Virus record (IMG/VR): IMGVR_UViG_3300042298_002704
Length of the DNA stretch: 64,000 nucleotides
Strand: one strand, 5' to 3'
Source: a virus
Lineage: Duplodnaviria > Heunggongvirae > Uroviricota > Caudoviricetes
The translations under genes were made by a program, and so were the position numbers. Within the stretch, counting starts at the first letter, position 1; each line of letters starts with the position of its first letter. Shown here in pieces: positions 37,193 to 46,841 of the stretch. The notes beneath the pieces were generated by a model. It saw nothing but the letters and a program-made list of their open reading frames with translations. It had not been told where the DNA came from and made no database searches.

Positions 37193-37385
37193 TTTCAATC
37201 CATTTATAAGGTTTCCAATCAGAATATCCATATTCAGAACCACCCAAAATTGGATTAAACCAATTAAATTGTTTTTCTGGTTGCGAATATTCCATCCATT
37301 TACCAAAAACTAACCATTTAGTTTTACCCTCAATTGTTTTCGGAAACCAAAGGAATTTTTGTTTTTGCCTGTATTTAACTTCCAT
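37173..37385 (-). CDS. Hypothetical protein (70 aa)
   Basis: First ORF after a promoter. Confidence 0.55.
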   Translation of the reverse strand: MEVKYRQKQKFLWFPKTIEGKTKWLVFGKWMEYSQPEKQFNWFNPILGGSEYGYSDWKPYKWIENDAKRK

Positions 37386-37398
37386 ATTTCTTTTTTTA

Positions 37399-37439
37399 CA
37401 AGTATAAGTTATTTTTATGACTTTTCCAAATGGTTTAAC
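37399..37439 (-). promoter_or_regulatory. Bacteroidota-type promoter with upstream GTTAA
   Basis: GTTAA-N4-TTTG-N20-TATACTTG. Confidence 0.65.
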
Positions 37440-37446
37440 ATTTTAT

Positions 37447-39993
37447 TTAGAAAAAAGGATTCGGTTCATTTTGTTCAACTTTCCCCCAACCCAAATCTTC
37501 CCAAATAGTATCAAGTTTTGATATAAAGGTTTGTTGAAAGACTTTTTCCCTATCAATAAATTGTTCTACAAATTCAACTATCTGCTCAGGGTCTTCGCCT
37601 TGACCTTTTAAAGCCATTGTTTCAAACCCGAAAGGATTTTGTTTCATATAGGCATATAAAATTTTATCGCCGTCATCAATTTGAGGTATAGATTCAATTT
37701 TGTGAAGGTCTAAAAGTTTATTGTAATTTTGGGCAGATTTGACGTGAATCGGGATGTTCTTAGTTGCAGTTTTATATTTGGAAATTTCTTTCACTGATGT
37801 TGGTAACATAATGTCCCAGATAGGACTTTGTTTGTATTCTTTTTTGAAGGTTCGAACCTTTTGATTTAAATTATCCTTCGAAACGTCATTCAACACATCA
37901 ATAATCATTTGTCGCATAGTCGACCTGAAAATTTTGGGAAACGAACTCCGAACAACATCAAATCCTTTAATTTCAACTTCATCTACGGGTAAACCATTTT
38001 TGTTGATAATGTGCATGGCATAACGTTTTTTGGCAGAACCCCAAAATGCCCGTTTTCCGACCATTTCTTGCTTAATTCTCCATGTATGAGTATTGACGTT
38101 ATGGTAACGCTTGGCATAAATGGAGTATGAATTATTGATTAATTCTTCAACCTCCTTCGCAATTTCAAGTGTCTTGTCAACAAACCCCGAATCATCAAAA
38201 TTATTGTCCGGATATAAATGTTGAATCAATGGAAGGGATTCAAAAAAACAAGAATCCGTATCCTGATATATACAATAATCTATATATGTTCCAGAATTTA
38301 TTTTTTTATTGTAGAATTGATTTCCGACTTTGGCGCTCCATTGAACTAAGGTTTGTCCCGTCAATGTAACCGATTCTCCGTTTTCTTTATCATAAAACCT
38401 GAACGTCGGAAGTAATAATACCCCATACAATGAGTTTAATAAGATTTTTTGAACTAATTGTTTACGGTCATAATAAACAAAATTATCAATATCACCATTA
38501 TTGTGATAATCCTTTGCAGTTTTCCGATATTGAGTTCGAGTATCGCCCCAAATAGTCAAAATGGTCGGAATAATACCTTTATTTTTAGTATTATATAAAA
38601 TTCCGGCAGAAGAAACACTTAAATTGTTATCATTTAAAAACTCCAATAATTCTGAGTGAGTTTGAAACGTGAAGTTAAGTTGTTCTGAATCGTTACCAAT
38701 TAATTGATCTGAAACGTGGCCTTTTTTATATTTAATTACTGACCAAGGTTTATCACGTTGTGCTACAAAATCATCAACTACATATGATTCAATCCTGCCC
38801 CATTTAGTTTCAGGACTGATGTTTAACGTTTTGATATTGTTCGGATATTCAGATTCCAAATCAAGGTCATAGCAATATTTATATAATCCTGAGTTAGGAG
38901 GCTTAACAAATGCTCCTTCGGCTTCGGTTTCGTTTCCATACTTTTCAGTAGCAAACGCGACAAGATTATTACGTTTACAATACGTTAATAATGCTCCGTC
39001 CAAATAACGACTTGACATCTCATAATCTTCATATGGAACGTGACCTGCATGACAAATACCTCGGGCAATCTCAATCAAGTCCATCTTTTTGTCCAACGCA
39101 ACCAAAAGTTCTACGTCATTGACGTTGTACTCAATAAACCCGTCAATATTATCCCTGAACAAATCATCCAACGTTCCGTCATATTTGAATTTACCACGTT
39201 TAAGTTCCTTTTGAGAAATTGATTCCAAGGAATAGGAACTTTCTTCATTATAGGTAAATTTCTTATATAATTGCATATAGTCCATTTGGGCAACACCTGC
39301 AATCTTAATACAAATATCCCTCTTATTCATTGGACGTTCATATACAACTTTAATAGGGCTTAATTTTTGTGCTTGGGAACGTCCTAAAACGTTGCACATT
39401 CGATTATAAAGGTAAGGACAATCATAGACCCCGCTATTCCAACCTGAGACGATTGTGGGCGAAATTTTGACCCATTTGACCAAGAAATTCATTAGCAGTT
39501 CGCGTTCCGATTTAAAAACCAGAACGTCGACCAAAAGGTTCTGTCCGTTAATAACGATTTCCTTGGTACAATTTTTTAAATTGCCCGTTTCATCCCATAA
39601 CAAACAAACGTATTTTCCATCATAAAAATAGGCAATGGAAGTAATTTCATTTAGGGCTTCTTTTGGAGTTGAATATCGTAATCCCTTCTTAACCTCAATA
39701 TCGAAAAACAGAATACGATGTCCCTTCGAAGGTTCATCGCTTTCGAAATATTTATCAATCAAAACCCTTGTCGCAATGGGAACGTCGTGTTCAAAAATCA
39801 TTCCCTGCTTTTCCGCTTCCTTGCTCCAACTTTTGACTTTTTTAACCTTTAAACCCGTCAGGGTCTTATATTCGCCATTTGGATCAATCTGATACGCATA
39901 AGGCTGATATTCGAAAGTACTGTATCCAGTAGTGTCGTCCCACAAGTGACACATCCCTGTTTGACGGTCATGGTAAAAGTTTTGATATGCCAT
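37447..39993 (-). CDS. polB: DNA polymerase family B (T4 gp43-like)
   Basis: Exo FFDIEV, SGWN...YD, YNVND; pol DLESEYP, KILLNSLYG, YQDTDS. Confidence 0.97.
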   Translation of the reverse strand: MAYQNFYHDRQTGMCHLWDDTTGYSTFEYQPYAYQIDPNGEYKTLTGLKVKKVKSWSKEAEKQGMIFEHDVPIATRVLIDKYFESDEPSKGHRILFFDIEVKKGLRYSTPKEALNEITSIAYFYDGKYVCLLWDETGNLKNCTKEIVINGQNLLVDVLVFKSERELLMNFLVKWVKISPTIVSGWNSGVYDCPYLYNRMCNVLGRSQAQKLSPIKVVYERPMNKRDICIKIAGVAQMDYMQLYKKFTYNEESSYSLESISQKELKRGKFKYDGTLDDLFRDNIDGFIEYNVNDVELLVALDKKMDLIEIARGICHAGHVPYEDYEMSSRYLDGALLTYCKRNNLVAFATEKYGNETEAEGAFVKPPNSGLYKYCYDLDLESEYPNNIKTLNISPETKWGRIESYVVDDFVAQRDKPWSVIKYKKGHVSDQLIGNDSEQLNFTFQTHSELLEFLNDNNLSVSSAGILYNTKNKGIIPTILTIWGDTRTQYRKTAKDYHNNGDIDNFVYYDRKQLVQKILLNSLYGVLLLPTFRFYDKENGESVTLTGQTLVQWSAKVGNQFYNKKINSGTYIDYCIYQDTDSCFFESLPLIQHLYPDNNFDDSGFVDKTLEIAKEVEELINNSYSIYAKRYHNVNTHTWRIKQEMVGKRAFWGSAKKRYAMHIINKNGLPVDEVEIKGFDVVRSSFPKIFRSTMRQMIIDVLNDVSKDNLNQKVRTFKKEYKQSPIWDIMLPTSVKEISKYKTATKNIPIHVKSAQNYNKLLDLHKIESIPQIDDGDKILYAYMKQNPFGFETMALKGQGEDPEQIVEFVEQFIDREKVFQQTFISKLDTIWEDLGWGKVEQNEPNPFF

Positions 39994-39995
39994 TC

Positions 39996-40739
39996 TTAAT
40001 TTTTATCGATCACAATTAAAACAGATGAAACCATCGTACCGCTTTCCTTAAAGGTTCCTTTTGGAAAATTATAAATTTCAGCGTCCAATTCGTCTAACCA
40101 ATTCCTAAATTCAGTTTCTTTTTTGTTATTTGAAATTTGCCAGTGGGTAGAAGCGATGGTAACAATTCTTCCACCTTTGTTCAAACATTCGTACATCTTC
40201 CTGATATGTTCGATGTCTTGATTTTTACTGAATGGTGGGTTGGCTACAATTAAATCATAATAATTTTCCTTTCCAGTTAAAGTTAGAAAATCATCTTGAA
40301 GGAAAGTAGTATTTGGAATTTTGGTTAGAAATGTTCTATTTATATCCATCAATTCACAATAATCGACGTTTATTTCAGGGCTGAACCTTTGAATGGCCTT
40401 GATAATTGAACCTTGACCTGCGGATGGTTCCAAGATTTTATAATGCGGTTGTATATATGCAAATTGGTTCACAATCCAATCAGAAACATCATCAGGAGTA
40501 GCAAAAAATTGAAATTCTTTTTTCAGGTTGCGATTTTCACCATTGGCTATTTGTTCCAATAATTCAGTAGGATCATTTGGAAATACAAATCCCATTGTTT
40601 TTCGCCCTACCCATTCTCCACCAATCAAAGTTAATGCCTTGGCAACTTCCTGATATAATTTTCGATCCAATTGACCTTCGGGTAATCGAACAATATTTCC
40701 ATCAATTGTGCATTTTTGTAGTATTTCTTGCTTAGTCAT
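39996..40739 (-). CDS. Amino-methyltransferase, probably DNA N6-adenine (gamma order)
   Basis: QFFATP, ILEPSAGQG (motif I), IVANPPF (motif IV). Confidence 0.8.
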   Translation of the reverse strand: MTKQEILQKCTIDGNIVRLPEGQLDRKLYQEVAKALTLIGGEWVGRKTMGFVFPNDPTELLEQIANGENRNLKKEFQFFATPDDVSDWIVNQFAYIQPHYKILEPSAGQGSIIKAIQRFSPEINVDYCELMDINRTFLTKIPNTTFLQDDFLTLTGKENYYDLIVANPPFSKNQDIEHIRKMYECLNKGGRIVTIASTHWQISNNKKETEFRNWLDELDAEIYNFPKGTFKESGTMVSSVLIVIDKN

Positions 40740-41398
40740 TAAAAAAAGTTATTATCGTTTTTTATTTGAAATTTAAAATATTCATTAAATCGGTTTTTGG
40801 AATCTTCAAAATAATCTTTATCAATTTCACACCCCCAAAAATCAAAGCCGTTTTTGTATGCTGAAATTCTGGAAGAACCTGAACCTAAGTGGGTATCTAA
40901 GATTTTTTCTCCGGTTTTGGCAAAAGTATTCAATAACCAATCATAAAGTTCGGTTGGTTTTTGTGTTGGATGAATTCTTGGAGACTTCAATAAAAATCCA
41001 CCATTGTTACAAAAAGAAAATAATCTGGCACGACCAGTAAATGAAGTCTATGCGTATTCCCATTCACTTACATTTTTTTGATTTGGTCGCACCTTATCCC
41101 AACAAATTGGTTGATAACATGGAGGCAAATCAAAAAAGTTTCCGCCCCAAATGATTTGATTTTTACTAACCCGAAACAATTGATCAAAGTAATCAGAATT
41201 CGGCGCAATATCCCACGCATCTGCGTTTGATTTTACCATGTTTGCCCAACCTGACGATAATGTACCACCGCCGGACGTTAAACGTTTACCAATACCATAT
41301 GGTGGGTCAACAATAGCCAAATCAAAATATTTGTCTGGAAATCGCTTCATCATTTCCATACAATCTTCATTTGATATTTCACTAATTGGATTATTCAT
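40739..41398 (-). pseudogene. Beta-class N4/N6 DNA methyltransferase with an in-frame amber codon at 41048-41050
   Basis: DCMEMM, AIVDPPYG, EWEYA*TSF (W expected), HPTQKP, ILDTHLGSGS in one frame. Confidence 0.85.
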
Positions 41399-42095
41399 TT
41401 AAAAAAAGTTGGTTGTAATATTTTTTATTTTTGAAATTCTGTCTTTTGCTACGTTGAAATAATGATCATCTAATTCAGTAGTAATACATATTCTACCTGT
41501 TTCTACGCAAGCCTGATATGTAGATGCGCTACCTGCAAAATGGATCAAACACGACTTCATTTGGTTCTGAAATAGAAAGAAGGATATTTTTGATTAATGC
41601 TATTGGTTTTTCATTTGGATGGATCATGTATGTTGGACTAAGCCGATTAAACCGCATAATTGTAGTTGGTCGCTTACCTTTAAATTCATAACGTCCTTTG
41701 GTCGCATAAATAATAGATTCGTGTTGCGGTGCAAATTCACCTGCTAAATCACCCATTCCATGAACACCTTTATCCCAAATTATTTGACTTTTAACAAGGA
41801 ATCCTGCATCTTTTATTTCGTTCAAAAATGCATCTTGAACATCCCAACGATAAAAACAAATTAGTCTACCACCATCTTTCAGTTTAGAATAAATTGGATT
41901 TATCCAATCAATAAATGGTTCTTCATCATTTTTAATTTTAGGTTTCCATTTTGATACGTCAGTCCGCCTGGCGGACTGAAAGTTGATTCCGTACGGTGGA
42001 TCGGTCAAACAAATGTCAATTGAATTGTCTGGAAATAATTTAATTAAATCGAGACAATCAGAATGAAGTAAATTGGATTGAGTTATATCGATCAT
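41399..42095 (-). pseudogene. Beta-class N4/N6 DNA methyltransferase with a +1 frameshift at 41537-41540
   Basis: LTDPPYG, HPNEKP, FDPF then cca-TTTT-gca-ggt-agc; removing one T gives DPFAGSAS...ITTELDDHYFNVAKDRI...TNFF*. Confidence 0.85.
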
Positions 42096-42104
42096 ATATT
42101 TTTA

Positions 42105-42617
42105 TTATTCTTCACTAACATTTCCATCATCTTCAACTCTCAATGTTTTAAAGGTATAACGTTCATCTTCGATTATTTCCCTGATTGAATCTTGAACCTG
42201 ACCTTTGTTTTTCTTGTTGTCCAAAAAAACCAAGTTCTTGACATTACCGGAGTGCATACCATTAAATACGATAAAATCAACAGGCGAACAAATGTTTTTA
42301 CAATCGTTTGGATTTAAACCCAAAGGTTTGAAAACTTTATCAAATTGTTCAACGTGAATATCTGCTTCTTGTCTTCCTCGAACCTTCGCTTCATTTTTAA
42401 GTTTTTCAATTTTGGTTTTAAGAAGATTTTCTTGTTTGTCCAACCTTTGAATATCTTCATTCAACTTTTGCTTCCAATCCTTATTTGGAAGTTTGTCTTT
42501 GAAAATATGACTGTCAGTTGAACGGTAAACCTTATTGCAACAAGGGCAATGAATGAATGTTTTTCTAAGGTTTTGATAAAATTCTATTTGACTATTCATA
42601 CGTTCTAAATTTAACAT
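42105..42617 (-). CDS. Holliday-junction-resolvase-like PD-(D/E)XK nuclease (Endonuc_Holl-like) with N-terminal CPCC
   Basis: LNPNDCKNICSPVDFIVFNG...LVFLDNKK. Confidence 0.65.
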   Translation of the reverse strand: MLNLERMNSQIEFYQNLRKTFIHCPCCNKVYRSTDSHIFKDKLPNKDWKQKLNEDIQRLDKQENLLKTKIEKLKNEAKVRGRQEADIHVEQFDKVFKPLGLNPNDCKNICSPVDFIVFNGMHSGNVKNLVFLDNKKNKGQVQDSIREIIEDERYTFKTLRVEDDGNVSEE

Positions 42618-43074
42618 TCTTATTCAGAATGGTTTGTTTAATTTGTTTTTGTCCATCCGTTAGTTTGGCATTACCAGTTTTGACATCGACAAAGGTAATA
42701 TTTTCAACTACACCATTTTCAGTTAAACCTTCAAAGATGATATAGTCCAAAGGATCAAACATTGGCCTACAATCGTTATGATTGAAATTAAATGAATCCA
42801 ATGATAGAATCAATCTTTCTAAAATGAATCCAACATTGATTGATTTAGTGTTTCTTACTAACCAATCAAAATTACCATTAGTCATTCCTTCTAAACGTTC
42901 CTTTTGTTTCTGAACCTTTTTAAGTTCATTTTCATAAAATTCAAGTGAGCGTTCACCAAAGTTTTTATCATCAAACATTTCAACTTCTGAAAGGTTCAAT
43001 TTTGTTTCACAAAAAGGACATTGAGATTGAAATCCTTCTTGTTTTAAATTTTCAATTATTTGTTTTGGTTTCAT
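42592..43074 (-). CDS. Holliday-junction-resolvase-like PD-(D/E)XK nuclease (Endonuc_Holl-like) with N-terminal CPFC
   Basis: FNHNDCRPMFDPLDYIIFEG...ITFVDVKTGNAKLT. Confidence 0.75.
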   Translation of the reverse strand: MKPKQIIENLKQEGFQSQCPFCETKLNLSEVEMFDDKNFGERSLEFYENELKKVQKQKERLEGMTNGNFDWLVRNTKSINVGFILERLILSLDSFNFNHNDCRPMFDPLDYIIFEGLTENGVVENITFVDVKTGNAKLTDGQKQIKQTILNKNVKFRTYE

Positions 43075-43259
43075 TATGCTTTAAATTTTTTCAAATCTTC
43101 AGGTTTATTTTCTTCCCAAACCTGTTCAGATTCGCTATAATGAAATACGCGACCATCCTCATGTTCGAGATAGTCAATTCCGTTTTCAATCAAGAAATTT
43201 AAAAGTTCGTCTGAACTATGAAAATCTTGAAATTTAATAGTTTTTAGTTTTTTGGTCAT
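43074..43259 (-). CDS. Hypothetical protein (61 aa)
   Basis: TAATG overlap with downstream gene. Confidence 0.5.
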   Translation of the reverse strand: MTKKLKTIKFQDFHSSDELLNFLIENGIDYLEHEDGRVFHYSESEQVWEENKPEDLKKFKA

Positions 43260-43261
43260 TG

Positions 43262-43564
43262 TTAATATAAATCTTCCGAATAAAGTATTTCTTTTAATTC
43301 ATTAGTTTGCCCTTGTTCAAAAGCAATTTTTGCGGCTTCTTTCCGACCGACAAAACGGTTTTTTGAAGTTAAAAAACCTTGTTCCTTTTCAAAAATACCA
43401 AGTTGTTGTCGTTCTTTGACCAATCCATCGATTTGTTGGAAAATACAACCGTGTCTCCAAGCGCACAAAACCAACCCACTTGTAATACCACTTGGTTGGT
43501 ATAAATAACTTTTACCATCATCGAACCAAATTGCAGCGCAAAGGATATATTCGGGCTTAGACAT
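43262..43564 (-). CDS. Conserved phage hypothetical protein (probable start MSKPEY at 43564)
   Basis: ILCAAIW...WRHG...EQGFLTSKNRFVGRKEA...LYSEDLY. Confidence 0.65.
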   Translation of the reverse strand: MSKPEYILCAAIWFDDGKSYLYQPSGITSGLVLCAWRHGCIFQQIDGLVKERQQLGIFEKEQGFLTSKNRFVGRKEAAKIAFEQGQTNELKEILYSEDLY

Positions 43565-44015
43565 AAAAAAGTTTAGAATTTTTAAGTTGAGAACAAAATC
43601 GTTCCATATCTTCAATCGGTTTCCCATAATACTTATGAAAACCAACTTTTGCCTTTAAAGGTGAGGTTAATCGTTCAACTATACGAGAACGAACAATGCA
43701 TGAATCTTTGAAATTTGGTTTCCAGTTATTTTTAAACTGGTTAAATTCAGAAACGTCAATCTTGGTATTTGGGTTAAATCCTCGACGTTTCATTTCTTCA
43801 TTAACTTCACTCAACCTATATTTCAAATAAAGGACTTTGGGTTTGAAGAAGTTAATATGACCCTTTCCCAATGTAAATTCATCAGGAATTAAACCTTTGA
43901 TTCGATAACCATCTTTACGCAATGCGCCAGTTATCATGGTAATTTCAACAGACTCTGCAATCAGGTGCTGGTCGGAAAGATAAGCGGGCGAGATTCCGCA
44001 GTTAATTCTTGCCAA
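43557..44015 (-). CDS. denV: Pyrimidine dimer DNA glycosylase / endonuclease V
   Basis: MARIN...LSDQHLIAESVE...FTLGKGHINFF...EMKRRGF; TTG start. Confidence 0.88.
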   Translation of the reverse strand: MARINCGISPAYLSDQHLIAESVEITMITGALRKDGYRIKGLIPDEFTLGKGHINFFKPKVLYLKYRLSEVNEEMKRRGFNPNTKIDVSEFNQFKNNWKPNFKDSCIVRSRIVERLTSPLKAKVGFHKYYGKPIEDMERFCSQLKNSKLFYV

Positions 44016-44093
44016 ATTAAATAAATTAAAGTTAAATGAAATAAAAACAGAACCGCAGTAACGATTCGTTCTTTTGTTTTATTTTTCATACCA

Positions 44094-44135
44094 CAAAGAT
44101 AAGGTAAAATTTTGGAATTATCCAAATGGATTAAC
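44094..44135 (-). promoter_or_regulatory. Bacteroidota-type promoter with upstream GTTAA
   Basis: GTTAA-N4-TTTG-N21-TATCTTTG. Confidence 0.65.
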
Positions 44136-44141
44136 TAATCG

Positions 44142-44588
44142 TTAACGACCTGTCGAGCCAAAGCCTCCGGAACCTCGGGTGGTTTCAGAAAGTTCATCTA
44201 CTTCAATCGGTTCAATTTTTGGAAACGGTAAAATAATGAGTTGACCGACGCGATCGCCAACTTCATACGTTTTCAAATCAACTGATGCCGTTCCAGCAAT
44301 TATTTTCTTAAATCTAAATCGTATCGGCCCTCTGAAGCCACTGTCAATCACACCAACGTGATTAGTTAACAATAGATTTACGTTTGATTGTGAACTTCTT
44401 GGAAAAATTAATCCAACATATCCTTCGGGAATTTCAACCGAAAGACCAGTATCGTATTCACAATAATAACCACCATCCGATTTTGACCAATTTTTTGAAA
44501 TAGCGGTCAAATCCATGCCCGCGTCGCCTATCTTTGAATATGCCGGAATTTTCGCGTTAGGATGTAATTTTTTAAATTTTATTTGCAT
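44142..44588 (-). CDS. dut: dUTPase (trimeric)
   Basis: AGMDL, PRSS, GVIDSGFRG, RVGQL, RGSGGFGSTG. Confidence 0.97.
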   Translation of the reverse strand: MQIKFKKLHPNAKIPAYSKIGDAGMDLTAISKNWSKSDGGYYCEYDTGLSVEIPEGYVGLIFPRSSQSNVNLLLTNHVGVIDSGFRGPIRFRFKKIIAGTASVDLKTYEVGDRVGQLIILPFPKIEPIEVDELSETTRGSGGFGSTGR

Positions 44589-44591
44589 TTT

Positions 44592-45122
44592 TTAAAATTG
44601 ATATTGATATCCAACAAACATTTGTTCAAATCCATCACTTAATTCAGTATCAACAAACCAACCTTTATATCCAACTCCAAATTTGAAGTTACCTCTGGTT
44701 GAAATTGCGCCCGAAACAAGCCATTTTGATGGTTTAGTTTTAAAAACAGTTTCAGTTCTGTTATAGGTGGTAATTCGAGGTTTGAAACTTAAAAGTTCCC
44801 CCAAAGTTTCAATCTCGTAATTCAACTTATAATCCTTACCTTGAATTGAATCTTTGTAAAGGTTCGCATAAATAAAATTATCACCAAGAGTATCAACCCT
44901 ATAAATTTCAACCAAACGTTCATCAATGATGGTTTTAACCAAAGTATCAGTTCTTTGTTTAATTATTATTTTTGGGTCAGGAACCTTGACAAATATATCA
45001 TTCACAACGGTATCAGTCTTCACGACAATACGTTCTATGGGCTTTTCTATTGGGTTATATATACAATTACCAATCCAACCAAGAAAGATGCCCAGAATCA
45101 AAAATAAGACGTTCTTTACCAT
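44592..45122 (-). CDS. Membrane-anchored hypothetical protein (possibly spanin-like)
   Basis: N-terminal TM segment, KTDTVV/RTDTLV repeats, C-terminal beta-strands ending YQF. Confidence 0.55.
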   Translation of the reverse strand: MVKNVLFLILGIFLGWIGNCIYNPIEKPIERIVVKTDTVVNDIFVKVPDPKIIIKQRTDTLVKTIIDERLVEIYRVDTLGDNFIYANLYKDSIQGKDYKLNYEIETLGELLSFKPRITTYNRTETVFKTKPSKWLVSGAISTRGNFKFGVGYKGWFVDTELSDGFEQMFVGYQYQF

Positions 45123-45649
45123 AAGTCTTCAAACTCCTTTTCCATTGTAAACCGACGATTGCGAGAACGCCAAGTTGAAGGTCTAAGTTTTCTACCTTGT
45201 CGAGACCATAAACCTAACATTTTACCCTTAGCATATTCATGTAAAGATTTCAATTCAGTTTTTACAGTCGAATCCATTTTTGGTTCTTCTAACCACCAAG
45301 CCAAACCTTCCGAAATTAAAAGTTTAGTCAAATCAATTTTTTGCAAATCGGAACCAAGTTCTTCTTTTAAGAGGTTCACTTTACAAATCATCCTACCGTA
45401 CTGGTCACGGAATAATGTTTCAACTTCTACGGTTTGACCTTTAATTAATTTTCTAAGTTCATTTCCACTTTCCCGACCATGAGGTTGATCCTTAGTTACA
45501 TGATTGGAAATGACTTCGGGAGCATCACAACCGTAAAGTCTAATCCAACTTACTTCCCCATCTTCAAATTGAACTTTGATCGAATCACCATCATGCACCG
45601 CTTTGACAACGGCAGTTTTGGTTTCATTTGGAATGATTGAATAACGCAT
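45116..45649 (-). CDS. Thermonuclease (SNase-like)
   Basis: VHDGDSI, IRLYGCDAPE, DQYGRM, LISEGLAW, GLWS. Confidence 0.92.
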   Translation of the reverse strand: MRYSIIPNETKTAVVKAVHDGDSIKVQFEDGEVSWIRLYGCDAPEVISNHVTKDQPHGRESGNELRKLIKGQTVEVETLFRDQYGRMICKVNLLKEELGSDLQKIDLTKLLISEGLAWWLEEPKMDSTVKTELKSLHEYAKGKMLGLWSRQGRKLRPSTWRSRNRRFTMEKEFEDLW

Positions 45650-45663
45650 TTATATTTCTCTAT

Positions 45664-45861
45664 TTATTTTAATTGTTTTAATGTTGTTATGATATCATTT
45701 AAATACTCATATTCAAACTTAGCAATTACTTTATCATTTATAGATAATTTAATTGTACGTTCATCTGAAAATATAGCAGATACGTTGCCGGATTTCGCGT
45801 AATTTCCTTCGGAAAGTTGTTGTTTTATCATTTTTATTATTTTATCTCGGTTCATATTCAA
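45664..45861 (-). CDS. Hypothetical protein (65 aa)
   Basis: N-terminus MNRDKIIKMIKQQLSE. Confidence 0.55.
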   Translation of the reverse strand: MNMNRDKIIKMIKQQLSEGNYAKSGNVSAIFSDERTIKLSINDKVIAKFEYEYLNDIITTLKQLK

Positions 45862-45864
45862 TCC

Positions 45865-46203
45865 TCAAATTGTAAATTTAGAAATATAGGCAGTGTTGTT
45901 TTCAGCATATACATAAAAATAAGTTCCGGCTAATAGCGCATTTTTTTCAATAGGATGCGAGTTTCCGTTTAAATGAACTATATAACCTATTTTATGTTTT
46001 TGCGACATTTTAGCAGCAGAAAATATGCGTTTAGTCATTTGACTTTCGTCTGAGTTTAAATCGCCAAAACTAAATGTTTTTTGCCACTGAACGTTTGGTT
46101 TATATTTAGGTGCTTTCCACGAGGTATTTATTACCTCGGGAACTTCCCTATCGTTTTCAAACATTAACTTTTTTACAATTTCAAGTAATTTATTTCTGTT
46201 CAC
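45865..46203 (-). CDS. Hypothetical protein (112 aa)
   Basis: N-terminus MNRNKLLEIVKKLMFE; GTGA overlap. Confidence 0.55.
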   Translation of the reverse strand: MNRNKLLEIVKKLMFENDREVPEVINTSWKAPKYKPNVQWQKTFSFGDLNSDESQMTKRIFSAAKMSQKHKIGYIVHLNGNSHPIEKNALLAGTYFYVYAENNTAYISKFTI

Positions 46204-46841
46204 ATTTCTCCCTCCAAGAATTGTTTATATTCATAAATATCTCTAAATAACCGTTCATTTGTAAACTTAGTTTTAATCAAACCTTCAAATTCACTTTCGC
46301 ATATCAAATCATTGTTTATATCAATCAATGTTATACCAAGACCAAAAGGTTTATGTTGGTGTTGAGTGTCAAACATTAATTTAATATATTTTGACATATC
46401 CTTATGATCGATTATTTCTATTTTTTTCACATTTCCGTATTTATCATAATACGGAGTTTCTTTCCTGAATACAATAATATGGGCATAAGGAATATTGTTG
46501 GTCTGAATATTGGCAGTTTCTCCAAGCATCGATTCAAAATAGTTGTTTGCATTTTGTTTGAAGTTTGAAGTTATAAACTTTACACCCAAACAAAAAACCG
46601 AATTGTTATCCTTTACAACGGTTATATCAATATTTTTGTTGTAATATTTTCCAGTTGCCTTAAATTCTTTGTTTCTGTCGCTACAATAAACTTCATATTC
46701 AGAACCATATATCGAACACAACACATCTGCAAGATAGTTATGAATTGGCGAAACTTTTTTGGAAGACCGTTTACCGAACTGATTGTAGTTTTCAAATGAT
46801 TTTTTGACGGACTCGATAAAGTCCAAATGGTTATAGTACAT
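46200..46841 (-). CDS. Putative type II restriction endonuclease (PD-(D/E)XK fold)
   Basis: KNIDITV...LGVKFITSNFKQNANNYFESMLGE; starts on the base after the methyltransferase stop. Confidence 0.55.
   Translation of the reverse strand: MYYNHLDFIESVKKSFENYNQFGKRSSKKVSPIHNYLADVLCSIYGSEYEVYCSDRNKEFKATGKYYNKNIDITVVKDNNSVFCLGVKFITSNFKQNANNYFESMLGETANIQTNNIPYAHIIVFRKETPYYDKYGNVKKIEIIDHKDMSKYIKLMFDTQHQHKPFGLGITLIDINNDLICESEFEGLIKTKFTNERLFRDIYEYKQFLEGEM

Noticed and set aside
4977-39993. 2-aminoadenine (Z) or 7-deazaguanine genome
   Set aside because: No purZ, datZ, queC/D/E, folE or dpdA in this window; DUF5664 and the PolB motif change are not sufficient evidence
41048-41050. Stop-codon reassignment (TAG or TGA recoding) as seen in some Bacteroidota phages
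   Set aside because: Long genes are intact in code 11; TAG and TGA end genes with tight stop/start overlaps; the one internal TAG sits at a Trp position, not Gln
45647-45660. T4-type late promoter TATAAAT before the thermonuclease
   Set aside because: 7/8 match in very AT-rich DNA, overlapping the start codon, and not repeated elsewhere
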